Shown: in pieces, positions 12,969-27,822 of the stretch
Layout of the letters: each line of letters starts with the position of its first letter
Numbering within the stretch: position 1 is the first letter of the stretch
Assembly (NCBI RefSeq): GCF_963921235.1
Contig: NC_086107.1
Location: 94,490,001-94,554,000, forward strand
Source: Mobula hypostoma
Lineage: Eukaryota
Length of the DNA stretch: 64,000 nt
Direction of reading: 5' to 3'
Program-made: the position numbers and the translations under genes
The notes under the pieces: model-generated
The model's input: the letters and a program-made list of their open reading frames with translations, nothing else
Databases searched by the model: none
Told to the model about the DNA's origin: nothing

Positions 12969-14414
12969 AGCACCAAACAGACCCTTACGGCCCTTCGAGC
13001 CGTATCGCCTAGTAACCCCTTATTTAATCCTAACCTAATCACAGGACAAATTATCATGACCAATTAACCAAATAACCGTTATGTCTTTGGACTGTGGGAG
13101 AAAACCCACGCAGTCACAGAGAGAAATTATAAACTCCTTATAGGCAGAAGCGGGAATTGAACCTGGGTCTCCTGTACTATAAGATGCTGTGCTGACCAAT
13201 ATGACATCATGTCGCCATCTTGTAGAGTTAGTCTCAGGGTGAAAGGTGAAAAGTTTAAGGGGAACATGAGGGAGGACTTCTTCACAGAGGATGGTGTGAG
13301 TGTGGAATGAGATGGCAGTGGGTTCGATTTCAACCTCTAAGAGGTGGGAGGGTATGGAGGGCCATGGTCTGGGTGCAGGTTGATGGGTCTAGGCAGTGGC
13401 GAGAAGGGCCTGTTTCTGTGCTGTAGTGATCCATGACTCTATCCTTCCTATAATGGAGTAACCAGAACTGCTGACAGTATTTCAAGTGTGGTCTGTCTAA
13501 AGTTATACCCAACTCTTATACCCAACGGCTCTACCAAGCATGCCATAGGATCTTCTTTACCACCCTATCCACTTGCAGAGCCACTTTCAGAGAACTACGG
13601 GCTTGGAGCCCAAGAGCCCCCTGTACTTCAGGGGCCTCTACCATTAAATGGACTTTTTCCTTTCATTTGACCTCTCAAATTTTTGGAGATCTTTGATGCT
13701 TTTCTGCTTCACACAAGTTCACCCGAAGGCCACACAGTGTCCAGTTAAACAAGTTGAAGGGGTGGGGGGGTGTGCTGTAGTGTTGCGTGCTTTATGTGAG
13801 AACGCAACAGGTACAGAGAAATAAGAGTGTTTCTCCCTCATTAGCCGAAATAACCTACACTTTTTGGCCTTCATGAAGGAGGTGAAGTCCCACATTACCA
13901 GGTTCACAACAGGTATTTACTCCATTCAACCAATCACTACAATCCTAGTGATTAGTTTAGCAACACTGCGACATGGTAGTGTAGAGGTTAGCGTAACACT
14001 TGACAGTGCCAGTGTTTGGGGTTCAATTCCCACTGGTGCCTGTAGGGGCGTTTAGCATTCTGCCCAAGGCCACGTCGGCCTCCTCCCACATACACACCCA
14101 AGGCATACAGATTAGGGTTAGTAAATTGTAGGCATGTTCTGTTGGCGCCAGGAACGCGGTAACACTTGCGGGCTGCCCCCCCCCGGCGCATCCTTGGACT
14201 GTCTTGGCTTTTGACGCAAATGACACATTTCACCGAATGCTTTGATGTAACATATGACAAGTAAAACCAATCTTTAAAGATTTTTATCACTTTGCAATAA
14301 TACTGACTTTTTAGTTGTAATTGTGTTTTTTGTAAAAAAAAGTGTATGACTTGTTTTCCTACGAATGGTGCTTATATGTGCCTGTGAAGATGCTGCAAGT
14401 TAAGTTTTTAAGCC

Positions 14415-15730
14415 ATAATATATGAGAAGAAAGGCCATTCAGCCCATCAAATCTACTCCACCATTCCATCATGGCTGATTTATTATCCCTCTCAAACCCA
14501 CAGAATTAGGCCATTTGGCCCATCAAGTCTACTCTGCCATTCCATCATAGCTGATTTATTATCCCTCTCAACCTCAGTCTCCTGTCTTCTCCCTGTAACC
14601 TTTGATGCACCTACTAATCAAAAACTTATCAGCCTCCACTTTAAATATCCCCAAAGACTTGGCCTCCACAGTCATCTGTGGCAATGAATTCCACAGATTC
14701 TCCACCCTCTGGCTAAAGAGATTCCTCCTCATCTCTGTTCTAAAGGGACGTCCTTCTGTTCTGAGGCTGTTTTCATTGCACACCTGTACAGACCTGGACT
14801 CATGCAGGTGACAGGAAATTCCACTTGGACTTTGACATTAGTCATCAGCAAAAATAAAACTACTTAAACCATAATTGTCCATTTTAACAAAAGAAGCTAA
14901 ATTATAACAGAACTTAATATCAAAACAAAACTTTTCACACTATCATTTTACTTCTGGTTTCTACATGATAAACAGTGTGGCTACAAGTAGGTTAAAGTGT
15001 ACTAATTTGCAGGAGAGAGGTAAATTATTGATCCCTGTTAATAACCAGCAGGTCTGTCACCTAGACACTACAAGTTACAATGGAAAAACAAATTCCTTGT
15101 TTGCTGGGTGACTTCACAGTTCCTAGAAATCTGGTGCAGTACATTAACCCTTAATGTGTGGGAAGCTGTGCATGGGGATCACAGAGGCACAGCACTCTCG
15201 CCAGGTCAAAGAGGATGCCAAGGACTGGCGTTACTCTGCAATGTAGACCATTTCATTTACCATTAGATCATAGAACACTACAGCACAGTACAGGCCCTTC
15301 GGCCCACAATGTTGTGATAACCTATTTTAAGATCAATCCAACCCTTCCCTCCTACATAATCCTCCATTTTTCTCTCCTTAAATGCCCCCAATGCATCTGC
15401 CTCTACCACCACCCTAGCAGCACATCCCACATACCCAACACTCTCTGACATCCCCCTATACTTTTCTCCAATCACCTCAGAATTATGCCCCTTGCATTAT
15501 CCATTTCCACCCTAGGAAAAACTCTCTGGCTATCCACTCAGTCTATCTCCCCTATAATTTTGTGCATCTCTACCAAATCACCTCTCATTCTCGTTCACTC
15601 CAAAGAGAAAAGCCCTAGCTCACTCAACCTATCCTCGTAAGACATTTACCAGATTTACATCCTGGTAAATCTCCTCTGCACCCTCTCTAAAGTTTCTATG
15701 CTCTTCCTATAGTGAAGCAACCAGAACTGG
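14415..15730 (-). mobile_element. Two CR1 3' fragments (about 14415-14770, with a ~77-bp tandem duplication of the 3'UTR, and about 15265-15730)
   Basis: PFRTEMRRNLFSQRVENLWNSLP; duplicated aggccatt...ccctctcaa unit at about 14431-14575. Confidence 0.75.
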
Positions 15731-18700
15731 CCCCATTAATGAGGGAAGCCTTGGCACAATTATGAGTTGCCAATATACTGACATAACCAAATGAAAGGGA
15801 AAGACCGATGAACAAGCCAACGTATTTTGATCAGGTTACCCTTGTGACTGATTTCAAAGTTCAAAGTATAAACATGAGAAAGTCTGCAGGTGCTGGAAAT
15901 CCAGAGCAACACACACAAGATGTTGGAGGAACTCAGCAGGTCAGGCAGCATCTATGGAGAGGAGTAAACAACTGATGTTTCGGGCCGAGACCGTTCTTCA
16001 GGACTGGAAAGGAAGGCATAAAGAGCCAGAATGAAAAGGTGGGGAAAGGGGAAGGAAGCTAGCTGGAAGACGGCATGAATATTGATTTCTCCTTCCAGTA
16101 AAAAAAATTCCTTCACCTCTTCTCTTCCCCATTCTGGCCTCTTACCTCTTCTCACCTGCCTATTACCTCTCCCTGGGTCCCCTCCTCCTCCTCTTTCTCC
16201 TATGGTCCACTCTCCTCTCCTATCAGATTCCTTCTTCTCCAGTCTTTTATTTTTCCAACCCACCTGGCTTCACCCATCACCCACTAGCAAGCCTCCTTCT
16301 TCTCCCCCAACCTTTTTATTCTGACATCTTCCACCTTCCTTCTCAGCCCTGAAGAAGGGTCTCCGCCTGAAATGTCGACTATTTATTGATTTCCATAGAT
16401 ACTGCCTAACCTGCTGAGTTCCTCCAGCATTTTGTGTGTGTTGTCTTGATGATGGATGTGGCAGTGTTCCTTGTAGATGTGCTCAATGGTGGAGTGGTCT
16501 TTGGCTGTGCAATATACTGGTACATAGCAACCTTGAAGTCTCCATGTAACTGTAACCTCTCCTCTCGTGAAACACTTTGCTAAATTGCTCAAGGTTTCTT
16601 TGGGAAACGGGAGGCCCAGAATTGGAGCAGCATACACAAAATGCTGGTGGAACACAGCGGGTCAGGCAGCATCTACGGATGGGAAATGGACAGCTGAAGT
16701 TTTTGGCCTCGATTCTTCATCAGGCCAGCTGCCTAATCTGTTGTGCTCTCTAGCATTTTGTGTGTGCTGCTCCAGATCTCCAGCCCCGTCTATCTTGCGG
16801 CCCAGAATTGGAAACAATATTCTAGTAACGTTGAACCAGAGCCTTATTCAAATTTAACGTGTTTCAGAGGTTGTGTCCTCTGCTAATACAAAGCCAAGGA
16901 TCCTATAGCTCTTTATACAATCTGCCTTCTCGATTTGTTCTGCCTTCTCCAAACCTCCCTTTAAAATTGAGTCCCACAGTTTATATGCTACTCAGCCATT
17001 CTACTTAGTCTCCCATCCCATCTATCTATTACTTTAAGCTACTTTTCATAATGCTGTTTCGATTGTAAATACACTCTGGTATTTACTTACAACACTGTGC
17101 AAAAGTCTTGGACACATTATTATTGCGAGGCTGACTAAGACTTTTGCACAGTTCGGTTGTAATTTTATGTATTGCGCTGTCCTGCTGCCACAAAAGAAAA
17201 CAAATTTCATGACATATATGAATGATGATAAACCTGATTCCGATATGGGTCTCTATTGTGGACTGAGAGTGGGAAGGGGGCAGGGATAGGGGAATTATGG
17301 TTGGGAAAAGGGGAAGGGAGAGGGGAGGGAGCAGGAAGCACCACAGAGACATTCCGTAATGATCAATAAACCAATTGTTCGGAAACATATGACCTTGTCT
17401 CACATGGTGTCTCAGGGCTGGGTGTGTCCGCTCCTGCACCACCCCCTGCCCCTCGCACTCATTCTCTGCCACCTGTCCCACACCCCTCCCACGGCGCTCC
17501 ACCCTCACCACCCCCAGCATCTTTTACTCCTGTCACATTTACAAACTCGCTCTCTGCTCCACGGTGACAAATACAGTAATGTGCAAAAGTTTTATGCACC
17601 CCAGGTATCTATGTGCATTTTATTCCATATACTTTAACCTCCAACTTTATTTTTTATCTAATTGTTTATTCTTTACGATTCTTGAATGTTGTTTTTGTTG
17701 CATGTCGTGCCCTGACCAACACACCACAGCAAGTTCTTAATACATATAAATGTACACGGCGAATAAAATTAATCCTTGAGATGGTCTCTTCTTGGTCTTC
17801 CTAATTAATGTTATCACTCCAGCTTTATAGAATCACAGACAGTTATAGTATAGATTGAAACAACTGGGCCCATCATACATATGCCAACTCCAAATATAGC
17901 AATCCTGTCAGTTAATAACTTGGACTCTTGACCTCACAATCTACCTTGTTATGAATTGCACTTCATGGCTTACCTGCACTGCACTTTCTCTACAGCCGTT
18001 ACACTTCATTCTGTATTCAGTCACTGTTTTAATTTGTTCTACCTCAATGCACTGTGTAATGATTTGTTCTGTATGAACGGTATGCAAGACAGGCTTCTCA
18101 CGGTATCTTGGTACATGTGCCAATATAAACCAATTTCAATATCAATCCCCTTTGCCAATCCCATGTAAATTATGCTCTCTTTTGTGCCAATCCAATTGCT
18201 TTTCTGAAGGCCCCAAATGGCTATTTCCACCCTGCAGAATAAATAAAGAATTCAGCACATTTCCCTTACACAAGGAATCCTGCAGATGCTGGAAATCCAA
18301 AGCAACACACACAAAATGCTGGAGGAACTCAGCAGGTCAGGCAGCATCTACGGAAATGAAGAAGGGTCTCGGCCCAAAACGTCAACTGTTTAGTCAGCAT
18401 TTTGTGCATGCTGCTGGACATTTCCTTTGTAACTTTTGCCCGAGTTTTTAAGCCTGTGTCTTTACTTCTTCAACCACCCACTATTAGGAACAGCTTCTGT
18501 CTGTTTTGCCCCATTGCTCCCCTCTCAGTCGCCTTTACTGTAAGAATAGCCACAGCCTCTCCAATCTAACCCTGGAGCCAACATTGTTCTTCCCTGGAAA
18601 CACTTTATTACGTCTTTACTGCACCCTCTTTGCACTAAACCTCACTGCTGAAGAGTTTGACCATTGCTCCAGTCAAACTCCACCCTCCTGGACCTTGCTA

Positions 18701-20337
18701 TTATCCTATTTATTCATTTGTAGAATGTGGGTGTTACCAGCAGGCTCAGTTTTAATTGCCTGTTTGAACTGTAGTGTTGATCCTGGGCAAATTACAAGGT
18801 AACTTATTTTTTTATTCTTTCTTACTTCTCTTCTAATATTTCCATACTTGCATATTTGTGCACTTGTAATGCTACTGTGACACTAATTTCCTTTGGGATC
18901 AATAAAGTATCCACCTATCTATCACATATTCGTGCTGCAATCTTCCCTATCTGCTAACACAAACACATGAAATTCTGTAGATGCTGGAAAACGAGAGCAA
19001 CACACACAATATAATAGAGGAACACAGCATCCATGGAGAGGAATAAACATTCGACATCTTGCGCCAAGAGCTTTCACGAGGAAGGCCAACATTAGGCTGG
19101 CTGCTGGTGCATCTTTGAACTGAAATCAGTTTATTATTGTCATATGTCCCAAGACATAGTGAAGCTTGCATAGTGTTCGTTTAGGTCAGATCATTACACA
19201 TTGAGGTAGAACAAGGTAAAACAATAACAATGCAAAATAAAGTGCAACAGCACAGAGAAAGTGCAGAGCAGGTAAACAGTACAAGTTCAATGTTCAAAGT
19301 AAAACTTATTATCAAGATACATATATATCACCATACACTACCTTGAGATTAATTTTCTTGCAAGCATTTACAGGAAAATAAAGAATACAATTGAATTTAT
19401 GAAAAACTAAACAGAATCAAATACTGACAACCAACCAAGTAAAAAAAAAGACAACTTGCTCAAATAAATAATACCAAGAACATGGAAGTGAATCTATAGG
19501 TCGTGGAGTCAGCTCAGTGCTGAGGTGAGTGAAATCATTCACGTCGATTCAGCAGGCTTATTGTTCTAGGGTAGTAACTGTTCCTGAACCCGATTGCTTG
19601 GGACCAAAGGTTGCTGTGCCTTCTGCCTGATGGTAACAGCGAGAAGACAGCATGGCCTGGATGGTGAGGGTCGTTGACAGTGGAGGTTGCTTTTCTTTGC
19701 GGCAGTAAGATGCGAGATCATAATGAGGTAGATTGTGGGGTCAAAGGTCCATCTTATCAGCCGTGAAGCAGGGAATACAGCAATCCCTCATTCCCCTGCA
19801 ATACAGCCATCTTGCCCTCAAGTCCTCAATCTAGTTCTCCAGTGACTGCATTTTTGCTAAAAAAAAATGCAGGGTAGAGGAAGTTTTACACCTCGAGGTT
19901 TTAAGTACTCAACCCTCTCAGTGTCAAACTCCCAGATCTAGCCCTCTGCCCTTTTCTCTTGAAATAATATTTCCAGTCCACTACCCTCAAAATCCATGGT
20001 CAGTCCATCCTCTTCTCATAACTACAGCTTCTTGAAAGATTGTTTGCACTTTTGCAAAGTAAACTGACTCCAGGCCAGAAGCCAGCATTGTCAGTGGAGT
20101 GGAGTGTGAAGCGCAGAATCAAATATCACTGTGATGATTGTACATTCCAGTATCAATTGTTCGGCAACAATAAAGTATTCATCATCTTCTTTGTGGTATG
20201 GTGTCATGCTGGGATGGTATGATAGCATAGCGGCTAGCGTAGCGCCAGCGGCCCGGGTTCAATTCCACCGCTGTCTGTAAGGAGTTTGTACATTCTCCCC
20301 ATGACCGCGTGGGTTTCCTCCAGGTGTTGTGGTTTTA

Positions 20338-21380
20338 ACACATAGAAAACATAGAAAATAGGTGCAGGAGTAGGCCATTCAGCCCTTCGAGACTGCACCA
20401 CCATTCAGTATGATCATGGCTGATCATCCAACTCAGAACCCTGGACCTGCCTTCTCTCCATACCCCCGATCCCTTTAGCCACAAGGGCCATATCTAACTC
20501 CCTCTTAAATATAGCCAATGAACTGGCCTCAACTGATTCCTGTGGCAGAGAATTCCACAGATTCACCACTCTCTGTGTGAAGAAGTTTTTCCTCATCTCA
20601 GTCCTAAAAGGCTTCCCCTTTATCCTCAAACTGTGACCCCTCGTTCTGGACTTCTCCAACATCGGGAACAATCTTCCTGCATCTAGCCTGTCCAATCCCT
20701 TTAGAATTTTATACGTTTCAATAAGATCCCCCCTCAATCTTCTAAATTCCAGCGAGTATAAGCCTAGTCGATCCAGTCTTTCATCATATGAAAGTCCTGC
20801 CATCCCAAGAATCAATCTGGTGAACCTTCTTTGTACTCCCTCTAAGGCAAGAATGTCTTTCCTCAGATTAGGGGACCAAAACTGCACACAATACTCCAGG
20901 TGTGGTCCCACCAAGGCCTTGTACAACTGCAGTAGTACCTCCTTGCTCCTGTACTTGAATCCTCTTGCTATGAATGCCAGCATACCATTCACCTTTTTCA
21001 CCGCCCGCTGTACCTGCATGCCCACTTTCAATGACTGGTGCACAATGACACCCAGGTCTCGTTGCGCCTATCCTTTTCCTAATTGGCCACCGTTTAGATA
21101 ATAATCTGTTTTCCTGTTCTGCTACCAGAGTGGATAACCTCACATTTATCCACATTAAATTGCATCTGCCATGAATCTGCCCACTCACCTAACCTATCCA
21201 AGTCACCCTGCATCCTCTTAGCATCCTCCTCACAGCTAACACTGCCACCCAGCTTCGTGTCATCCGCAAACTTGGAGATGCTGCATTTAATTCCCTCGTC
21301 TAAGTCATTAATATATATTGTAAACAACTGGGGTCCCAGCAGTGAGCCTTGCGGTACCCCACTAGTCACTGCCTGCCACT
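20338..21380 (-). mobile_element. 3' ~1 kb of the same young CR1 family, inserted into a SINE
   Basis: ORFs 20414-21043 and 21094-21369 nearly match the 47-50 kb copy; same tail; host SINE resumes at 21381 with gtttt repeated on both sides. Confidence 0.95.
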
Positions 21381-23439
21381 GTTTTCACCCATATTCCAAA
21401 GATGTTTGGTTAGTAGGTTACTCGGGTGTAATGGGCAGTGCCAACTCATCGGGCCTGAAGGGCCTGGCACCGTGCTGTGTCTCTAAATAAATAGACATGG
21501 ATCGTTAAAAGTGACCACATAAATAAAGATCATAAAACCAGAGTAAACAGAAGACATAGCTCCTAGGAACACAAAGTACCAAGGCAAGAGCGGAGTATTA
21601 AATGCTTTAGCTGGGAAACTTTGTGCAAAGAACACAAAGGGGCAAAAAAAGAGCACTGATTCACCATGACACAAAAACCAGTGTGCATTCCGTGAGAGAT
21701 CATACGCCTAAAGCTGACCCGATAAAGGATTATGGAAGGTTATTGACCAGTAAATAGTAGAAGATTGGGTCCGAAGGTTGGCGAGTCTCTAACAAATGTC
21801 AACATTTAATACAAATGCAAAATAGAAGTGACAGGGAAGTTCAATCAATCTGTAGACACAAAGAATAATTTTCTTCCTTGCGGGCCAGACTTAGAGCAGA
21901 ATCCACAGTACAGCAAATTAGACAAGACTTGAAAAAGACGATTAGACCGTGGCATTTCACTTCATTACTTTAAATTTAATGGCAAGTTTCATTTAAAAAG
22001 CATCGTCAACATCTTAAAGGTGCAACATAGATCTGCTGTCAAAGAAAGTGACAGAAGGAATAGCTAGGTAAAATCACCAGAAACATGGACAAAAAAGCAG
22101 ATTTTAAGGAGTTTCTTAAAGTTGAAGTTAAAGAAATGGAGGGCTTGGTCAAAGAGTCACACAGCATGCAGATAGGCCCTTTAGCTCAACCTCTCCATGC
22201 TGTGTTGCCAGTGATTAGTCCCATCTGCACACATTTAGCCTTTAAACCAAACCCACCACCCCACCCATGTACTTATCTAGATGGCTTTTTAACACTATTA
22301 ATGTGTCTGCCTTGACCATCATTCTGGCAGCTCATTCCAAACATGCAACATGCTTTCCCTGACCTCCATTTTAAATCTCTTGCTTCTGAACTTAAATGCC
22401 TCCCCCGAGCAACACACACAAAACGATGGAGAAACTCAGCAGCATCTACGGAGAAGAAAAAACTGTCAACGTTTCTTCATCCTGACTGTAAAGGAAGGGG
22501 GCAGAAGCCAGAACAAGGCAGTGGGTGGAGGGGAAGGAGTACAAGCTGGCAGGTGATAGGTGGGACCAGGTGAGGGGAAAAAGTTGGGTGGGTGGTGGAG
22601 GAGGGTTGAAGTAAGAAGCTGGGATGTGATAGGCAGAAGAGGTAAAGGGCTGAAGAAGGGGGATTCTGATAGGAGAGGAGAGTGGACCCTGGGACAAAGG
22701 GAAAAGGAAGAATGAGGAGGGGTGATGGGCAGGTGAGGGGTAAGGGAAAGGAGAGGGCCAGAATGTGGAATGGATGAGAGAGAAGGGGAGGAGGGAGATG
22801 TTACCAGAAGTTAGAGAAGTCAGGTTGGAGGTACTAAGTCAGAATACGAGGTGTTGCTCCTCCAACCTGAGAGTGGCCACATGCAGCAGTGGAGGAGCCC
22901 CTGGACCAACACGTCAGAATGGGAATCGGAATTAGAATCACCAGGAAATCCTGCACGTTGTGGCGTAATTCCTCCAGCATTTTGTGTGCGTTGCTCTGGA
23001 TTTCCAGTATCTGCAGAATCACTTGTGCTTTAATCCTGTGCCCTTGTGTTTTAGCAGCCCTTTGCTAGGGAAAAAGATGATGTGTTGTCATCTTGTCTCC
23101 GCCCCTCATGATCTTAAACACCTTAGGGAGTAACTTCAGAATTTAAGAACCTTGGCATCTTCAGGTGCAGCCGTCAACAGTAGGGTGGGCAAGTTCAGTG
23201 ATGCGTAAGAGGAAGGCACAGATATTCAAGGAGGGCTTATTGGGATAGGAAAATAGAATTATACAGTATAAATGTGCCTTTGACCCCCTTTATCTATGCT
23301 GAATCATGATGCCTATCTACACTAATCCCACTGCCTACATCCACCCAATCCTTTCCAATCTAGGTACCTGTTCAGGTGCCTTTCAAACTTTACACAGAAC
23401 AATACAGCACAGAAACAGGACCTTTGGCCCACAATGTTG

Positions 23440-24042
23440 GACATCCCACCCTGCAAAAACTCATTTCAGGGAGGTAGCACCATCAATTTGCGGGAGACTC
23501 CTGGAACTTCCGGGAGAGGTGGGATGTCTGCAGTAGAGTAGCTCCTCAGCAGCTAGCCAGCTAGTTTAAATAATGTTAGCTATGCTAATGAATGAATGAC
23601 ACCTGTTAAACTCACCTCAACATGTCTTTTACAGTCTTAACCCACCATGAGCAATAGAAAAGTCACTGTTGCAAACAGTGCAGTGAGCAACACTGGCATT
23701 ATTTTTGACCCCTATTAGGCAGCGGTACACTTTAGTGTAGTCTGGGGTGACGTATGTTTTATATTTTCTGTTTTTGGAACACTCTGCCATGGCACGCTCG
23801 CTCTCTTGCTCTCTCTTGCTCGTGCTCTCTCTCTCTCTCCTCTCGTGGTCGCTCTCACGCTCACTCTCGCTCTCTCTCTCGTGGTCGCTCTCACGCTCAT
23901 GGTCACTCTCACACTCGCTCTCTCTTGCTCTCTCTCCCTCACGCTCAAAAAAATTGATTTCTGGGATATTGTATATAATTTGCGGGCACCAGGGAGCCAC
24001 TATTAATACGCGGGAGACTTCCGGGAGAGGTGGGATGTCTGC
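23440..24042 (-). mobile_element. Non-autonomous hAT-like element retaining an N-terminal zinc-finger fragment and a CT-rich repeat
   Basis: Inverted ends gacatcccacc / ggtgggatgtc; peptide AHCTVCNSDFSIAHGG; shares taaactcacctcaacatgtc with the 32.9-kb element. Confidence 0.65.
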
Positions 24043-24059
24043 AATATTGCGTCAGGCCT

Positions 24060-25080
24060 ATTAAATTAGGAATCAAACGGCCATATCCCATATCCTTCCA
24101 TTTTCTTCACATTCATGTGCCTATCTACAAACGTTTGTAGATGTCTCTTAAATATCGCTAATTTATCTGCCTCTACCAACCACCCCAGGCAGCAGATTCC
24201 AGGCACACACCACCCACTGTATAAAATATTCGCCACTCACATCTCCTTTGAAGTTACCCCCTCTTACTTTAAATGCATATCTTCTGGTATTAGACATTTC
24301 ATCCCTGAGAAATCGATAGCATCTGTCTACTCTGTCTGTGCCTCTTATAATCTTATAAACCTCTATCGCATCTCCCCCAAGCATCTACGGTTCCAAAACA
24401 AAACAAGTTTGTCCAAGTTCTTGTTATAGCATATGCCTTCTAATCCAGGTAAACCTCTTCTACATCCTCTCCAAAGCCTGGAGATCCTCCCTATAATGGG
24501 GCAAGTAGAACTATATACAATTCTGCAGATGCGGCCTAACTAGAGTTTTTTAGAAAACTCATTGCTGTAATTGTACCTGCCTCTACCACCTCCTCTTGCA
24601 GCTCATTCCTGCTATTCAGCACCCTCTGGGTAGAAAAACTTACCCTTCAGATCTTCTTTAATTTTCTCCCCTCTTACCTTAAACCTGTGCCCTCCAGACC
24701 ACCCTGCCTTAAGAAAAAAGGCTCTACCCTGCCAATGTCTCTTTTAATTTTATAAACCCTTATAAGATCCTCCCCTGGCTTCCTCGCTTTCCTGATCCAA
24801 TCTCTCTTTATAAACAGTTGTCCAGTCCAGGCAACATCCTGATGGATCTCATCTGCACTTGTTATTACCGCATCCTTTCTATAGTGTGGTTACCAGAACT
24901 GTACACAATACTCCAAGTGTGATACAACTAACATCTTGTATAACTGAAAGATTAATATCCCAGATCTTATACCCAATATCTTCCTCGGCTTTCTTCACTA
25001 GCCTGTGTCTTCATTTTCAGGAAACTACGGACTTGCATCCCAAGGTCGCTCTCTGTTTATCAATGCTCCTAAGGCCCTTA
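24060..25080 (-). mobile_element. CR1 3' fragments
   Basis: GDAIEVYKIIRGTDRVD...WNLLP. Confidence 0.75.
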
Positions 25081-27642
25081 TTATAGGCTGGTCCTGGACT
25101 TACTTCCTGGCACAATTTACATATTGCTATTTAACTATTTATCGTTTTATTACTGTTTAATTATTTATGGTGCAACTGTAACGAAAACCAATTTCCCCTG
25201 GGATCAATAAAGTATGACTATGACTATTATTTCCTCGCAATATCCGACCAGAATTTAACTTCCTAAAGTGCATGACCTCACACTTGCCTGGATTAAATTG
25301 CATCTGTGACCACTCCACCGAACTTTCCAGCTGATCTCTGTCCCACTTTATCAACCTTCTTTGCTATCTGCAACCAAATTTCATGTCATCTACAAACTTG
25401 TGCATCAGACCCCTGCAATTTCATCCATCGTCAATGACCCCCAGCATCCAGACCATGCTCTCTTCTCACTACCACCACCATGCAAGAGGTACAGGAGCCT
25501 TAGGTCCCACGTATCAACTAGGTTCAGGAATAGTTATCACCCTACAACCATCAGGCTCCTGAGCCAGTGTGGATAACTTCACTCACCATGAATGTGAACT
25601 GATTCTACAACCTACAAACTCACTTCCAAGGACTCTTTACAATTTATTTTTTCAGGGTTTTTGTTTGCACAATCTGACTTCTTTTGCACATTAGTGGTTT
25701 GTCAGTCTTTGTTTATCTATAAATTTCTATAAATTCTTTTGTATTTTTTTACTTTCATGTAAATGCCTGCAAGAAAATGATTCTCAAGGTAACAGATACA
25801 TACTTCGATAATAATTTTTAATTTAACTTTGACAAGTCATGTACAGATATTAGAAACAACAGAAGTCCTAGCACTAATCCTATGGTACGCTACTAGTTAA
25901 AGCCCTCCATTCTGTAAAACACCCACCTAACAGTATCCTCTATCTCCTGTCAGTTATCCAACTCGCCTTGGATCCCTTGTGCCTTAACCTTCTGGTCTAG
26001 CCCACCATACAGGACCTTGTCGGAACCCTTACAGAAGTCCATCTAAACCATGCGCTGGAGGTAAGAACGGGCCTGAGTGTAGTCCAATCTACGTGGACCA
26101 CTGGTTGAAGAATGAGAAATTAAAGGAGCCACCTGTGGTCAACCATATTGAAGATGATGATGAGAAAGAATGAAATCCTTTTACTCCAACTCTTTGAATG
26201 TCGTGAGTAACTCTTATAGAAAGCAGAGACAGAAACTATACAAGGAAAAAATGGGAAGATCAAAGACTTGATGAGTAGGTGGGAGGAATAAAAGAAAGAC
26301 TCATCACAAAATCTGATTCCGCATTTCTATAATTCACCAGCCTATTTATAGATTTGAGTCATCCATCACTCTTTCTTGGTTTACTGCCTTTTACTCCATG
26401 CTGAACCTCAGTTTAAAAGAAATCCAAGTCATTATAGAAGACTCATTTCTCCTCTGAGAGTCGATACCCAACTCACATTTCAAACCTGCCCCATTTTATT
26501 CAGCTATGAGAACAAGTGCTTTCTTTCAAACCAGATTATTGATTAATTCTGGGACTGCACAATCAACAGAGATCCGAGGAGAACCTTAACCGTTTGAAAG
26601 TCAATTAACATTAGAAATTAGTAACTGAATGACTGCTATTTTTTTCTTCACTTGTGGTAACTTTCTCTGATCAAATTGCCAATCAAGGAATTTCACAATG
26701 TGATTTCTATTCCTGCAACATTGGGAATTTTTTTTGGGGATGTTCTACCTTTGAAATCTGGAACCTTGGACAGACCCCTTGTGCAATAAAGGTGAACTCT
26801 TGATCTCTAAACCTGCTTCGTTGTGGCTCTTGCACCTTATTGTCTGCCCGCAATGTACTTTCTCTTTACCTGTAACACAATATTCTGCTTTCTGTTTTTT
26901 TTTTGTACGATCTCAGTGGACTTGTGAACAGAATGGTTGGAATAGATAGCAAAGCTTTTTAGTCTATCCTGCTACACATGACAATAATAAATGAATTACT
27001 GATCATACTGGTAGATATTCAAAAACCTTTACCTCAGACTGACATAATTGTGAAATTTCTACAGGTGTACGGTGGAGAGCATTCTGACTGGCTGCATCAC
27101 CACTTCCAAGGAGGCTCCAAAGCAGAGGATCGTAAGAGGCCACAGAGGGTTGTAGATTCAGCCAGATCCATCGCTGGCACACTGTAAGCCTCCCCACCAT
27201 CAGGGACATCTTCCAAAGGCGGTGACTCCATTATCAAGAACCCTCACCACCCCGGACAGGCCTTCTTCTCACTACTACCATCAGAGAGGAGGGACAGGAG
27301 CCTGAAGACCCAAACTCAACATTTCAGGAACAGCTTCTTCCCCTCTGCCATCAGACTTCTGAACGGACAATGAACCCATGAACACTACCTCACTATTTTT
27401 GCACTTTAATTATCTTTTAAAAAAAAGACGTAGATATTTTGCATAATTATTTTCTGCATTGCACTGGTTTGCTGCCACAAAACAACAAATGTCATGATAT
27501 ATGCCAGTGACAATAAACCTGATTCAGAGAACTTCAAGAACAAACCGGACAGCCTTATCCCGATGGATCAATTTGAAATATGAGTCTTCATCATTATACA
27601 ATAGGTAGCCTTATACAGCAGAAAGCCTTTGTTCTGGCTCAC

Positions 27643-27822
27643 CTCGATTGTGGATGCCTTCAGTAGTGCAATCTGGTCCTCCCGTGAGAGGTCAAGGAAG
27701 CCTGGGATCTGTTTGGCAAAGTCAACGATCTCCTGGACTGAAATGATGGCCAGCTCTGTGAAGTGTGCGAAGCGTTGCTGCCGGGTTTCCCGGTTATGGG
27801 GGTCGTTACTCTGTGGCCAAGG
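27643..27822 (-). CDS. NR1H2: LXR ligand-binding-domain exon (PWPQSNDPHNRETRQQRFAHFTELAIISVQEIVDFAKQIPGFLDLSREDQIALLKASTIE)
   Basis: Translated by hand (this frame is not in the ORF track); ctccccag| acceptor, |GTGAGC donor; 180 nt, phase 0/0; AIISV and KASTIE are beta-type. Confidence 0.97.

Noticed and set aside
17089..17600. Tc1-like TIR scraps (ctgtgcaaaagtctt / aagacttttgcacag)
   Set aside because: Too short and degenerate to delimit; probably an ordinary MITE remnant.
23629..24064. Several overlapping ORFs with ER/SL repeats
   Set aside because: CT-rich repeat inside a hAT remnant; not a host gene.
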